Origin: Lama guanicoe
Taxonomy: Eukaryota
DNA length: 64,000 nucleotides
Reading direction: 5' to 3'
NCBI GenBank assembly: GCA_013239625.1
Contig: MU055083.1
Location: forward strand, 1,423,819-1,487,818
Below the pieces are notes generated by a model that was not told where the DNA came from, searched no databases, and was given only the letters and a program-made list of their open reading frames with translations. Positions 63,791 to 64,000 of the stretch are shown here, one piece after another. Positions within the stretch are counted from its first letter, which is position 1; every line of letters starts with the position of its first letter. Made by a program: the position numbers and the translations under genes.

Positions 63791-64000
63791 AGAGAGGAAA
63801 TTGTAGAACAGAGAGTGACAACAGTAGGATTAAGTGTGGCTGCCCCAAAAAAGTGTGTGAGCCTCCCAGAAAGTAGGATGGAGAGGACGCTTCCAGGGCT
63901 CGGTCCTCCAGGTTCTCGGGAGTCACGTACTGTTTTGACTGATAACCAGATTATTTATTGTTCCCAGGCAGGCCACTGAGGCATGAGGAAATGAATTTCA

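Noticed and set aside
1-64000. Prokaryotic-type systems (CRISPR arrays, operons, defence islands) or an intact retroviral/L1 ORF
   Set aside because: The sequence is mammalian throughout, with no regularly spaced direct repeats and no long intact mobile-element ORFs.

Overview
Mammalian genomic DNA, probably from a camelid (two tRNA-derived Vic-1-like SINEs), in a draft-quality assembly with nine 129-204 nt N gaps. The minus strand carries the 3' end of ANKFN1 (vertebrate wide awake/WAKE orthologue). The last three coding exons of the long isoform lie at 56526-(~56692, 5' half hidden in a gap), 49169-49382 and 35984-36780. Their splice sites are canonical and phase-compatible, and a predicted ~5.7 kb 3'UTR runs to an AATAAA at 30253-30258. 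Positions 1-30200 are non-coding; by human/mouse synteny this is the interval between ANKFN1 and NOG (noggin), with NOG outside the window. The rest is mostly old interspersed repeats (L1, L2, CR1/L3, MIR, MLT1/ERVL LTRs, MER44/Tigger7, MER5, MER94) plus repeat-free, motif-rich blocks that are candidate enhancers. The most unusual signal is the extreme GC/CpG enrichment of the terminal exon, with apparently AT-to-GC-biased amino-acid changes. I find no evidence of a new multi-gene system. Repeat subfamily names, repeat boundaries and human comparisons are from recognition or memory, not database searches.
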